The notes under the pieces are model-generated. The model saw only the letters and a program-made list of their open reading frames with translations, made no database searches and was not told the DNA's origin. This document shows, piece by piece, positions 19,873 through 29,679 of a stretch of 64,000 nt of DNA. The DNA is from an uncultured Holophaga sp. (GTDB taxonomy: Bacteria > Acidobacteriota > Holophagae > Holophagales > Holophagaceae). The stretch is taken from contig OY761614.1 of NCBI GenBank assembly GCA_963664825.1, positions 1,440,001 through 1,504,000 of the forward strand. The letters run 5' to 3'. Position 1 is the first letter of the stretch; each line of letters begins with the position of its first letter. Made by a program: the position numbers and the translations under genes.

Positions 19873-19891
19873 TCTTAACATTTCTTAACAT
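19873..19891. promoter_or_regulatory. Direct repeat TCTTAACAT x2 with 10-bp period, candidate OmpR/PhoB-type binding site
   Basis: TCTTAACAT at 19873-19881 and 19883-19891 in the AT-rich gap upstream of the protease gene. Confidence 0.4.
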
Positions 19892-20026
19892 CGCAATCTG
19901 AGCCCCTCCTGGACAATGAAGGATCGGAGCCAGATGGCATCGCTTAGGCCATGTTCGAATCGAAAAGAATGGGGTCCACTCCCCCATTCGATGTTGGATC
20001 ACACTATGGATCGCCTCGGAGAGCCT

Positions 20027-23000
20027 ATGCAATTCTCGCGCAACCGTTCCGCCTTCACCTCCCTGGGGCTCCTGCTCGTGGCAAGCACCGCGGCCCTGGC
20101 GGCCCCGGTCAATTCCATGCAGGTCAATCAAGCCGTCCAGACGTGGCTCCAACGCACGCCTGCCCCCTTGAGGACCCCCCTCGGGGCCGATATCGCCACC
20201 ATCGAAACCCACAGGGACGTCGATGGTCAGATCCTCTTCCACGAGGTTCGCCTAGCCCCCGAGGGATTCGTAATCGTGGCCCCGGATGATCTCCTGGAGC
20301 CCATCGTCGCGTTCTCGGCCCACGGGGTTCTCAAGACGGATGCCGAGAGCCATCTCTACCTGCTGCTCCAGCGGGATCTCCGGACACGCCTGGCCCGCAT
20401 CGCCCCCACCTTGAATGGCAAGGCTCCGCACTTATCGCAGACCAGCACCCGTGCGACCCAGGCCAAATGGGAGGCGCTGGCGGGGAATGCCAACACCGTT
20501 TCCCTGAACACCGTCAACGATGTGCGCGTCGCGCCCCTGGTCGCCAGTAAATGGAGCCAGAGCACCGTCAATGATTCCAGCAATGGGCTCATTGCCTACA
20601 ACTACTGGACGCCGAGCCACTACGTCTGCGGCTGCGTAGCCACGGCCATGGCCCAACTGATGCGCTTCCATTCCTTCCCAAGCACTGGGATCGGCGTCAA
20701 TACCTTCACGGTCAAGGTGAAAACAGGGACTACGACCGTGACTAAGACCTTGAGCACACGGGGCGGGGATGGCCTGGGCGGTGCCTACGACTGGTCCTTG
20801 ATGTCCTTCACGCTCAACTCCTCCACACCCGATGCCCAACGTGGGATGGTTGGATCCCTCTGCTATGACGCGGGCCTGTCGGTCAAGATGAGCTATGCCA
20901 GCGATGGATCTGGCGCCTACAGTGCCGATGTGTCGGGAGCTTTGAAGAATACCTTCAAATACACCAATGCCATCTACGGCTCCAACGGCGGCTCGCTGAG
21001 CGGCTCTGGCCTGACGGAAATGGTCCAACCCAATCTGGACGCCGGCTACCCCGTCATCTTCGGGATTTCCAGCGCCGATGGAGATGGCCACGAGATCGTC
21101 TGCGACGGCTACGGCTATGCGAGCTCAACCCTCTACCACCATCTCAATATGGGTTGGAGCGGTAGCGACGACGCCTGGTACAACCTGCCAGATATCGAGA
21201 CTTCCCAGGGCACGTACAACGTAATCGATGATTGCATCTACAACGTGTTCAAGATTGGCACCGGGGAAATCCTCAGCGGCCGCGTCACCGATGGCTCCGG
21301 AAGCCCAGTAGCAGGCGTTGCGGTCGCCAGCGGCGCTGTCAATTCCACCACCAATACCAATGGAATCTACGCCCTGAAGGGCCTCAAAGCAGGCCCCCAG
21401 ACGCTCACGGCAACCAAAACAGGCCTCTCCTTCCCCACCGCCGTGCGCGTGATGGGCACTTCCAGTGAGGGTGGCAGCGTGGGCAATATCTGGGGCGTGG
21501 ACCTGGTCCAGGGGACTGGAGCCACACCCACGATCTTCCCCCAACCCCTGACCCAGGATGTGAAGCTGGGCGGCTCGGTCACCTTCGTCGCGGGAGCAAC
21601 AGGCGTGGGCCCCCTCTCCTTCCAGTGGACCAAGAACGGCACCTCCGTAGGTGCCGATAATCCGACCTACACCCTCGACAACGCCGCAGACACCGACGAC
21701 CAAGCCCAAGTCGTCCTGCACACAAACGGTGGCTCGGGCTCCGCTGATAGCACACCGGCAACCCTCAATGTGGTGCGGCTCTTCAATGGTGATTTCGAGA
21801 AGGGCAATATCGGCTGGACCCTCATCAATCCGGGAGACAACTCTGGACCAAACGCCAATGTGATCCTTGGCCCGTCCTCCTATGCGGAAGTGACACCCCA
21901 TGGCAGCAGCTGGCTCTGCATCGGTGACTGGAGCGCGTCCTGCACGGACTACGCCTCCCAGGAGATCGTCCTCCCCAACGCCAGCGCCATCGATCTGAGC
22001 TTCTGGGTGGGCATCGCGAACAAGACCAAGACACCCAGCTCCGCCGCCAATATCTTCACGGTGAAGATCCTAGACACGAACGACAACCTGCTGACCACGC
22101 TGAAGACCCTCGATAACACCAACGCAGAGGTGGATGCCAACACGAAGGTGGTCTGGAAATCATATAGCGCGGATCTGAAGGCCTACGCCGGAAAGACCGT
22201 TAAGCTGCGCATCGAGTCCTATCAGCCCGGAGGTTCGGACACGGGCACCATCTTCGCGGTCGATGACGTGGCCCTCACCATCACCAAGGGACCCAAGGCC
22301 ACACTCAGCCAGGGGCCCCTCACGCTGATCACAGGCGGACAGGCCTCCTTCACGGCCACCGTAAGCGGGGCTGCCTCCGATAATTCGGTGAACTGGACCA
22401 CGACCCCTGTCGGCGGCAGTTTCAATCCCGCCCAGACAGCCGGGGACGGAGCCGCGGCCACCCTGTTCACGGCCGGTCCCAGCGTGGGCACCTACACCGT
22501 CACGGCGACGCCCGTGGAAGCCAACGGCACAGCCGCGAGCACGGCGGTCACCCTGGTGGATCCCTCCACGGTGAAGGTGACCCTCACTCCCAGTGCCACG
22601 GCGGTCAAACTCGGCCAGGATGTCTCCCTGACGGCCTCCGTCACGCCCCTCACGGACACAAGCGTGGACTGGTCCTGTAGCCCGGGCGGCCAAGGCACAT
22701 TCGCCAGCACTAGTGCCACTGCGGCCTCATGGTCCTCCAACACCGCAGGCACCTTCAACCTCACGGCCACCAGCCATGGGGCTCCCACACGAAGCGACAT
22801 CAAGCAGATCCGGGTCGTCGACACCTCCGCCATCGCGCTGGTCCTCGACCCAGCAGCGGCCACCCTGCTATCAGGAACCTCCGCGACCTTCACGGCCAGC
22901 GGCGACCTGGGCCTCGGCGTGAACTGGACGCTCACAACGCCCGCTTCCAAAACGGACAACGGTCTCAGTACCCTGGTCACCGTCCCCACTGCGGCGCCCT

Positions 23001-23235
23001 TGAAGACGGTCACCTACACGCTCACGGCCACCCACAAGCTGGATGCTTCCAAGTTTGCTATGGCCACCCTCACGGTGAAGGGCATGGATCTAATCGTGGA
23101 TGGTGTCCTGGATCCCTTGGATCTGCTGGGATTTGCTGCAGAGTGGGGGAAGGACACCTCCAGCGCCGCCAATTTCAAGGGCAGTGGCACGGTGGATGAG
23201 ACCGACCTGTCCGCCCTCCTGACCAGCTCAAGTAG
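20027..23235 (+). CDS. Secreted C10 (streptopain-like) cysteine protease with prodomain, Ig/Big-like repeats and a C-terminal dockerin-like module; as sequenced it reads through to 23821
   Basis: Signal peptide, KWSQ, GCVATAMAQ (Cys), GHEIVCDGY (His), HLNMGWSG, Thr-rich beta repeats, duplicated DxxxDGxxDxxD-like motif. Probable true stop TAG 23233-23235 is out of frame by 1 nt. Confidence 0.85.
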
Positions 23236-23248
23236 GCCTGGAGAAGCT

Positions 23249-23821
23249 ATGAACACACGCCTCATTCTCATTCCCACCCTCCTGCTGGGCGCCCTCTTGG
23301 CCTGCGGCGGAGGCGGCGGTTCATCCCCCGCAGGTCCCACCACCGCCACCAAACTCACCTATACGAACCCCACCTCTGGCGACTACCAGCTCAAGCAGAA
23401 CACCACCCTCAGCACCGGCACCCACCTAGTGCTGGAGCTATGGGGGCCCGCCGCCACCAGCGGTTGCGGGATCAATGCCTCCTTCACCCTCGGCGGCAGC
23501 GGCGCCGCTTGGCGAAACGTGAATTCGACCGATGCCGCCAATACGTTCGTGGCGAAGGGCACCGCCTTCGATCTGGGAACGGGCGCACCGATCCTCAAGG
23601 CCAAGGTCAGCGGCAACACCTTGATGGCCACCATCGCCGAGAAGGGCCTCGCCTCCCCCAAGGTCCTGGACAAGCCGCTGCTCCAGGTGGCCGTGGATCT
23701 TCAGTCCGGCACCACCACCGGTACGGTGATCACCCTCACCCCCGGCGCCTCCAAGGTCCTCCTGGCCAACGGGACCCCATCTCCCATCACGGTCACGGCC
23801 TCCAGCATCACAGCTCAATAG
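23249..23821 (+). CDS. Lipoprotein with a cohesin-like all-beta domain
   Basis: Own RBS GGAGA and ATG 23249. Lipoprotein signal MNTRLILIPTLLLGALLAC followed by GGGGGSS. Confidence 0.75.
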   Translation: MNTRLILIPTLLLGALLACGGGGGSSPAGPTTATKLTYTNPTSGDYQLKQNTTLSTGTHLVLELWGPAATSGCGINASFTLGGSGAAWRNVNSTDAANTFVAKGTAFDLGTGAPILKAKVSGNTLMATIAEKGLASPKVLDKPLLQVAVDLQSGTTTGTVITLTPGASKVLLANGTPSPITVTASSITAQ

Positions 23822-23870
23822 TGCCGGTCGAGGCTCACGGTATGCTCAAGGCTGTAGCCTGAGGCAGCCC

Positions 23871-24281
23871 GTGACCAAGATTCTGGTGATCGACGATAGC
23901 TCGCTGATGCGGGTGTTGGTGAGGGACTACCTGGAATATGCGGGGTTCGAGGTGGAGGATTGGCTGCCCATGTCCGTCATGGAGATCCCTGAACGGATCG
24001 AGAGCTCCAAGCCGGACCTGATCCTCAGCGATTTCCGGATGCCTGGCGTCAACGGCCTCAGCCTGGCCCAGGCCGCTCAACGGGCCAATGCGGCCCTGCC
24101 CGTGGTGATCCTCACGGCCCTTCGGGAACCCGAGACGGAAGCCCGACTGCTGAAGTTCGGCGTGAAGCGGATCCTCTACAAGCCCATCGATCAGGACACC
24201 CTGGTGCAAGCCTTGAGGGAACTGCTCCCGGAAGCCCTTCCTGATTCCGCCCCCCCGACCGGAGAAGCGCCCCATGGTTGA
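23871..24281 (+). CDS. Single-domain response regulator (CheY-like)
   Basis: ILVIDDS, PDLILSDFRMPGVNG, VVILTA, KP. Confidence 0.9.
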   Translation: MTKILVIDDSSLMRVLVRDYLEYAGFEVEDWLPMSVMEIPERIESSKPDLILSDFRMPGVNGLSLAQAAQRANAALPVVILTALREPETEARLLKFGVKRILYKPIDQDTLVQALRELLPEALPDSAPPTGEAPHG

Positions 24282-24483
24282 AGTGATCACTCCCCTGCAA
24301 ATGGCCCTTCTCCAACTGGTGGCCAAGAATCCCGGGATTCGCCGGGAACGCCTCCTGGCCACCAAGGGCGCCACGGCGGCTGACCTGGCCTATCTGGAGC
24401 AGCACGACATGATCCGGGAACGGGAAATCGATTGTTTCCGCATCTCCCATTTCGGAGAGATGGTCCTGCGGAGGGGCCTCTAG
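24274..24483 (+). CDS. Small hypothetical protein (winged-helix-like)
   Basis: 69 aa, overlaps the regulator 3' end. Pattern TPLQ..LL..NPGI..L..LE..I..FRIS.FG. Confidence 0.55.
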   Translation: MVEVITPLQMALLQLVAKNPGIRRERLLATKGATAADLAYLEQHDMIREREIDCFRISHFGEMVLRRGL

Positions 24484-24492
24484 TCCGGAACC

Positions 24493-25344
24493 TCAGACCT
24501 TGGCCAGTTCCTCCAGCATCTGCTGGAATACGTTGCCCGTGACCACTCGCCGATAGTGGGCCGTGGAACGGATATCGTCGATGGGACTGAAGTCGGTCAT
24601 CAGGGCCTCCCGGGCCCCTTCCAGAGGCAGGGCGGCCAGGGCACTGCCCAGGACCACAGCCTCGGCGTTCTTCGCCCGCACAGGAGTGGGCGCCACGGCG
24701 CCCAGGCCCACACGGAATTCCATCACCACGCCGTCCTCGATCCGCGCATAGGCCGATAGGCATAGCTTGGAGATGGCCATCGCCTGGCGGGTGCCTACCT
24801 TGCGGTAGAAGTGGAAGCCACGGCCCTGGGGCTTGGGCACGCGGATCCCCGCCAGCAGCTCATCGGGGGCCAGGTCCATCCGCTTGTAACCCAGGTGGAA
24901 GGCCTCATAGGGGACCCTTCGATTCCCGCGCAGGGACACCAACTCCAGCTCCGCCCCATAGGCCAAGAGGCTGGGGGGCGTGTCCGCAGCCGGGCTGGCA
25001 TTGACGATATTGCCCCCCAGGGTGCCCCGGTTCTGGATGGCCAGGGCCCCCGTGGCCCGGGCGCTCTTCACCAGGTTGGGGAAGTGGCGATGGAGGGCAG
25101 GGCAATCCAGCATTTCGCTGAAGGTCGTCAGGGCGCCGAAATGCATCCCCGTGTCGTCCTCGGTGATGCCGCCCAGGGCCTGAATCCGGGTGAGATCCAG
25201 GAAGCGCCCAGTGTTGAAGCGCACCATCAGATCCGTGGCGCCGGCCATGGGGCGCCAGGCGCCCGGCTCGGAAGCCAGGACTTCCAAGGCCTCGGCCAGT
25301 GTGGCGGGACTCCTCACCTCGCAATCCGGGACCTGACCCCTCAT
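24493..25344 (-). CDS. Xanthine dehydrogenase-family FAD-binding (medium) subunit
   Basis: AGATDL, IQNRGTLGGNIVNASPAAD, PIDDIRSTAHYR. Confidence 0.9.
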   Translation of the reverse strand: MRGQVPDCEVRSPATLAEALEVLASEPGAWRPMAGATDLMVRFNTGRFLDLTRIQALGGITEDDTGMHFGALTTFSEMLDCPALHRHFPNLVKSARATGALAIQNRGTLGGNIVNASPAADTPPSLLAYGAELELVSLRGNRRVPYEAFHLGYKRMDLAPDELLAGIRVPKPQGRGFHFYRKVGTRQAMAISKLCLSAYARIEDGVVMEFRVGLGAVAPTPVRAKNAEAVVLGSALAALPLEGAREALMTDFSPIDDIRSTAHYRRVVTGNVFQQMLEELAKV

Positions 25345-25820
25345 AGCGATTCCTCTTGGGCCGAGGCCGCCTGCACGGCCTCCACGATCTTCACGTAGCC
25401 GGTGCAGCGACAGAGATTGCCCGCGAGAGCCTCCCGGACCTGAGTCTCCCCTGGATGGGGGCAGCGCCGCAGGAGATCTTCGGCGGCGATGAGCATACCG
25501 GGAGTGCAGAAGCCGCACTGGGTGCCGTTATGACGATGGAAGGCCTCCTGTAGCGGATGGAGCCGTTCGCCCGTGGCCAGGCCCTCCACGGTCAGGAGTT
25601 CCGCCCCTTGGGCCTGGATGGCCGGAATCAGGCAGCTGTTCACGATGCGTCCATCGAGGCTCACGGTGCAGGCGCCGCACTCCCCTTGGCCGCAGCCCTC
25701 CTTGGTGCCCGTGAGTTTGAGTTCCTCCCGGATCACGTCCAGGAGCCGCGCCATGGGGAAGACCTCCACCCCCCGGGCTTCCCCATTGACCCTGAGCTGG
25801 AGACGGATCTTCTCAGCCAT
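25341..25820 (-). CDS. Xanthine dehydrogenase-family 2Fe-2S (small) subunit
   Basis: GTKEGCGQGECGACTV..SC, QCGFCTPG, GNLCRCTGY. Confidence 0.93.
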   Translation of the reverse strand: MAEKIRLQLRVNGEARGVEVFPMARLLDVIREELKLTGTKEGCGQGECGACTVSLDGRIVNSCLIPAIQAQGAELLTVEGLATGERLHPLQEAFHRHNGTQCGFCTPGMLIAAEDLLRRCPHPGETQVREALAGNLCRCTGYVKIVEAVQAASAQEESL

Positions 25821-28044
25821 GGGCCGCCTCCACCCGCTCCAGCAGCCGCTCCGGCGTCATGGGCAGCTCGTCCAGGCGCAGCTCACCCCCCAGGGCGTTC
25901 TGGAGGGCGTTCAAAAGGGCAGGCGCGGGCCCGTCCATGGGCAGTTCGCCCAGACCCTTGCCCCCCCCTGGCCCGGCGGGGTGGGGATTTTCCAGGAAAG
26001 CCACCCGGATCCTCGGCAGATCGACGCTGGTGGGAATGGCGTAGTTGGTCATCTGGGTATTCGCCATGCGTCCCCCCTTCCATTCCACCTTCTCCAGGAG
26101 CGCCCATCCGATGCCTTGGGTCACGCCGCCCTCGATCTGGCCCGCGGCAAGCACAGGGTTGACGACCCGGCCAACTTCCTGGATCGCCACGAAGTCCTCC
26201 ACCTTCACCTCCCAGGTGACGGTATCCACGGCCACCTCGGCGGCCTGGCAGGCCCAGGCATAGGTGGGATAGGCGTCGCCTCGATGGGTCTGCTCATCCC
26301 AATGGATATTGGGCAGAGGATGGTATTGGGTGTAGCACTTCACGGTGCCGAAGCGCGCGTGGGAGCGACGCACAGCCTCCCCGAAGGCCTCTAGACTGTA
26401 GGGCTCCCGGAGGAAGTCCTGCTGGATCAGGGCCTGTTTGAAGGCGTAGGCCGCCTCTTCCAGGAGGCGACCCACCACCATGGTGGTGCGGGAAGCCACG
26501 GTGGGACCACTGTCGGGCACGATCTTCGTATCGGGCTGGGCCACATCCACCATCTCGATCGGAATCTGCAGCGCCTCGGCAACGATCTGGGCGAAGACCG
26601 TGTCCTTGCCCTGGCCGATCTCCGTGGAAGCCGCCAGCACGGCCACCTTTCCATCCGCCAACCCCTCGATGCCCACCACAGAGGCGAGGTCGGCCTCCCC
26701 GCCGCCCGTGAAGCCGCAACCGTGCATGAAGGCGGAGAAGCCCACGCCCCGCTTAATGGGATCGTCCCCGAGATTGCTGGCCGCAAAGCGTTTGCGCTTC
26801 TCGGCGTACCCGATCTCCAGGAGCGCCCGGTCCATCAATCCTTCCAGGTCCAAGGACTCCCGAATGACCTGGCCCGTGGCCGTGGTATCACCCATCTTGA
26901 GGAAATTTCTGCGGCGCAACTCGGCGGGCTCGAGACCCAGGCTGGCAGCGCAGACATCCATGTGGCGTTCCAGGGCGAAGAGGCTCTGGGGCGCCCCGAA
27001 GCCCCGGAAGGCGCCGCTGGGCGGCGTGTTGGTGGCCACGGCGCGGGCCCAGATGTGCGTGTGGGGACAGCGGTAGACGCCCGACGCATGGATGGCTCCG
27101 CGGCTCAGCACCACCGGCGAGAGCGTCGCATAGGCACCCCCATCCAGGACGAAATCGATATCCAGCGCGAGCATTCGGCCTTCCCCGTCAAAGGCCGTCT
27201 TGATCCGAGTGCGGGAGGGATGGCGCTTGGGGGTGGCCGCCATGTCTTCTTCCCGGTCGTAGATGAGCTTCACGGGCTTGCCCGCTTTCCAGGCCAGCAG
27301 CGCCGCGTGACCCGCGATGAGCGAGGGGTATTCCTCCTTGCCGCCAAAGGCGCCCCCGGTCTCCATCTGCACGATGCGGATCTTGTCTCCGGCTAGGCCG
27401 AAGAGCTGCATCAGGGCCTTCTGCACATAATAGGGGCACTGCATGGATCCGCAGACCGTCACTAGGTCCTCGTGATCGCCATGGGTCACGATGGCCAGCA
27501 TGCCGTTGGTCTCCAGATAGAGGTGCTCCTGGGCCCCGGTGCGATACTCGCCCTCGATGATGCGGGCCGCGCCATCCCAAAGGGCATCGGGATCTCCCTT
27601 CTGGATATGGATCTCCTTGAAGAGATTGCCTTCTCCTCCCAGGAGCTCCGCCTGGTCCAGGCTGCTCTGGATATCCAGGACGGCGGGCCTTTCCTCCACC
27701 TCCAGAATCACGGCCCGAAGAGCCTGCTCCAGCAGGTAGCGGTCCCCATGGGCCAGGAGCAGGACGGGCTCCTGGGGATGCTGGATCATGCCCCCCACTT
27801 CCACGAGGAAGGGTTGGTCCCCGGAAACCCGGTTCTCGCCAGGGATATCCTGGGCCGTGACGATGGTGAATTCCTTCCAGGGGATGCCCTCCCCGAAGCG
27901 AATGGCCTTCAGGAGGCCCCGCGGCACCTGGGAGCGCACCGTGGCTCCGTGGAGGACGCCGCGGAAGGTCTTATCGTCGGTGTAGCGGGCCCGACCGAGC
28001 ACCTTGGCCCGGCCCTCTTTGCGGATGGCGGAAGTCCCGATCAC
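25813..28044 (-). CDS. Xanthine dehydrogenase-family molybdopterin-binding (large) subunit
   Basis: IGTSAIRKEGRAKVLG, GGAFGGKE, AFRGFG, EIGQG, VASR, GQIEGG, KGLGE. GTG 28044 with GAGG upstream. Confidence 0.92.
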   Translation of the reverse strand: MIGTSAIRKEGRAKVLGRARYTDDKTFRGVLHGATVRSQVPRGLLKAIRFGEGIPWKEFTIVTAQDIPGENRVSGDQPFLVEVGGMIQHPQEPVLLLAHGDRYLLEQALRAVILEVEERPAVLDIQSSLDQAELLGGEGNLFKEIHIQKGDPDALWDGAARIIEGEYRTGAQEHLYLETNGMLAIVTHGDHEDLVTVCGSMQCPYYVQKALMQLFGLAGDKIRIVQMETGGAFGGKEEYPSLIAGHAALLAWKAGKPVKLIYDREEDMAATPKRHPSRTRIKTAFDGEGRMLALDIDFVLDGGAYATLSPVVLSRGAIHASGVYRCPHTHIWARAVATNTPPSGAFRGFGAPQSLFALERHMDVCAASLGLEPAELRRRNFLKMGDTTATGQVIRESLDLEGLMDRALLEIGYAEKRKRFAASNLGDDPIKRGVGFSAFMHGCGFTGGGEADLASVVGIEGLADGKVAVLAASTEIGQGKDTVFAQIVAEALQIPIEMVDVAQPDTKIVPDSGPTVASRTTMVVGRLLEEAAYAFKQALIQQDFLREPYSLEAFGEAVRRSHARFGTVKCYTQYHPLPNIHWDEQTHRGDAYPTYAWACQAAEVAVDTVTWEVKVEDFVAIQEVGRVVNPVLAAGQIEGGVTQGIGWALLEKVEWKGGRMANTQMTNYAIPTSVDLPRIRVAFLENPHPAGPGGGKGLGELPMDGPAPALLNALQNALGGELRLDELPMTPERLLERVEAAHG

Positions 28045-28163
28045 GTCGGCCTCGATGAACTGTGGAAATTTGACCGATTGTGACGCGGCGGAACGCGGAT
28101 GGGAAGAGCCAGCCATCTCGCCAATCCCTGCCTTTTCTTCGCGTTCGCGGTGGAACCGCAAAA

Positions 28164-28802
28164 TCAGCCTCGCGGTTCCACCACGATCGCCGATTGGGGG
28201 GTGGGGCATCCGAATTCGCAGAGGCCGCATCCTGTGCAGATTTCGGGATCCACCAGGGGATGCGCGGGTCCGCCTGGGACCTCTGCCACCATGCGGAGGG
28301 CCTCCTCGGGATAGGGGCAGCGCTCCACGCAGATGCGGCAGATCTGAGCGGGGCGATCCTCCCGGGCCCAGGTCAGGCAGCGCTCCTCGCTGACCTGGGC
28401 CGTGCCCATCCTTACAGCCCTGGCGCCGTTCACGGCGACGCCCTTCGAGTTGCGCTGGGGCCACACCAGGGCGCCCTCGGGACAGGCGGAAATGCAGGGC
28501 AGCTCCTCGCAGAGGAAGCAGGGCAGGGCCCGAGGCTCGATGTAGGGCGTGCCCAGCGCCAGCCGGGCGCTCCCCAGCGCCCGGAGGAGCGCTCCCTGCG
28601 GGCAGGCGCCCAGGCACCTATCGCACCTCGTACAGGCCGTCAGGAAGGCGAATTCCCCCAGGGCCCCCGGCGGGCGCAGCAACTTAGGACCCGAACCCAC
28701 CACCGCCTCTTCCACCTTGTCGGCCACGAAACCCGCCATGACGGAGCCCAAGGCCTTCAGGAAGCCCAACCGGTCCTGGGGTTCGTCGAGTTTTTTAGCC
28801 AT
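28164..28802 (-). CDS. NapG/MauM/NapF-type 4x[4Fe-4S] ferredoxin
   Basis: LRPPGA, CTRCDRCLGACP, CFLCEELPCISACP, CRICVERCP, CTGCGLCEFGCP. Confidence 0.88.
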   Translation of the reverse strand: MAKKLDEPQDRLGFLKALGSVMAGFVADKVEEAVVGSGPKLLRPPGALGEFAFLTACTRCDRCLGACPQGALLRALGSARLALGTPYIEPRALPCFLCEELPCISACPEGALVWPQRNSKGVAVNGARAVRMGTAQVSEERCLTWAREDRPAQICRICVERCPYPEEALRMVAEVPGGPAHPLVDPEICTGCGLCEFGCPTPQSAIVVEPRG

Positions 28803-28806
28803 GGGC

Positions 28807-29637
28807 CTAGTTCAGCCCACCCAGTTCCAGAAGCCGCAGCACGGGCCGCAGCATGCCCCAGAGGATGGGATCGAAACCCAGGGTGAGGATGGCTGTGCGC
28901 CCATCGGGGCCCAGGGCCATGTGGGCCAGGAGATCGGAACTGACGGCCACCTCCCGGCTCGTGGGAGGCCGCTCGACCCACTCCACGCCCTCCCGGGCAG
29001 TGCGGGGTTTCAGGGTCTTCCCCTCCTCCGCCCGCAGATGCAGGATGAGCAGATCCCCATGAAAGACCGGCACGCGGACTTCGATCAGGGCTCCCCGGGG
29101 CGCCTGGGGCACGACTTCGAAAGCGGCGCGGTATCCCAGCGACTCCGTATCAGGATCATCGCCCTTGAGGACAGCCACTGTCTGCTGGCTGAGCCCTTCC
29201 AGGCCTTGATCCCCCAGGGAGGCCACCGAACGCAGATGGGTGCCGGAGATATCACCCAGGCCCTCCACCAACCCCGGCAGGAGCGTGAGGACCATCTCCA
29301 GGGCCGGGCGCCCTCGCAGAATGCGGTGCGCCTCGGGCCAGATGCCGGTCAGGGGCATGGGTTCGACGGCGGGATCCGGTTCTTCCCGCAGATCCAGCAC
29401 GCGCCCCGGGAAGAGCACCACCATCTCCGGGTCCAGGGGCGTCGCCGCCAGGATCACCAGGTCCAGGCCTTCCAGCAGCGCAGGGGAAGGGGCAAATACC
29501 ACCAGATCTCCGACCTCCTGGGCCACGGTGAGAGGCCCCATGGAGAGGGGGAGCACGGAGCATTCCTGGGCCTCCAGGACCTGCACCAATTCACGACCCA
29601 ATACCGTCTGGGCACCGATGACTGCGACTTTCAACAT
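28807..29637 (-). CDS. Aspartate-semialdehyde dehydrogenase-like protein lacking catalytic residues
   Basis: KVAVIGA..LGRELV, SVASLG..G..L..QT, AFEVVP, RVPVFHG. No NPNC motif. Confidence 0.7.
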   Translation of the reverse strand: MLKVAVIGAQTVLGRELVQVLEAQECSVLPLSMGPLTVAQEVGDLVVFAPSPALLEGLDLVILAATPLDPEMVVLFPGRVLDLREEPDPAVEPMPLTGIWPEAHRILRGRPALEMVLTLLPGLVEGLGDISGTHLRSVASLGDQGLEGLSQQTVAVLKGDDPDTESLGYRAAFEVVPQAPRGALIEVRVPVFHGDLLILHLRAEEGKTLKPRTAREGVEWVERPPTSREVAVSSDLLAHMALGPDGRTAILTLGFDPILWGMLRPVLRLLELGGLN

Positions 29638-29679
29638 GGGGACCACCTTTCATTCCTGCGTTTCATTCGTGGGTTGGAT

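Noticed and set aside
28045..28617. N-terminal extension of the molybdopterin subunit to 934 aa
   Set aside because: It overlaps the ferredoxin gene in another frame. Family similarity starts at about 28044.
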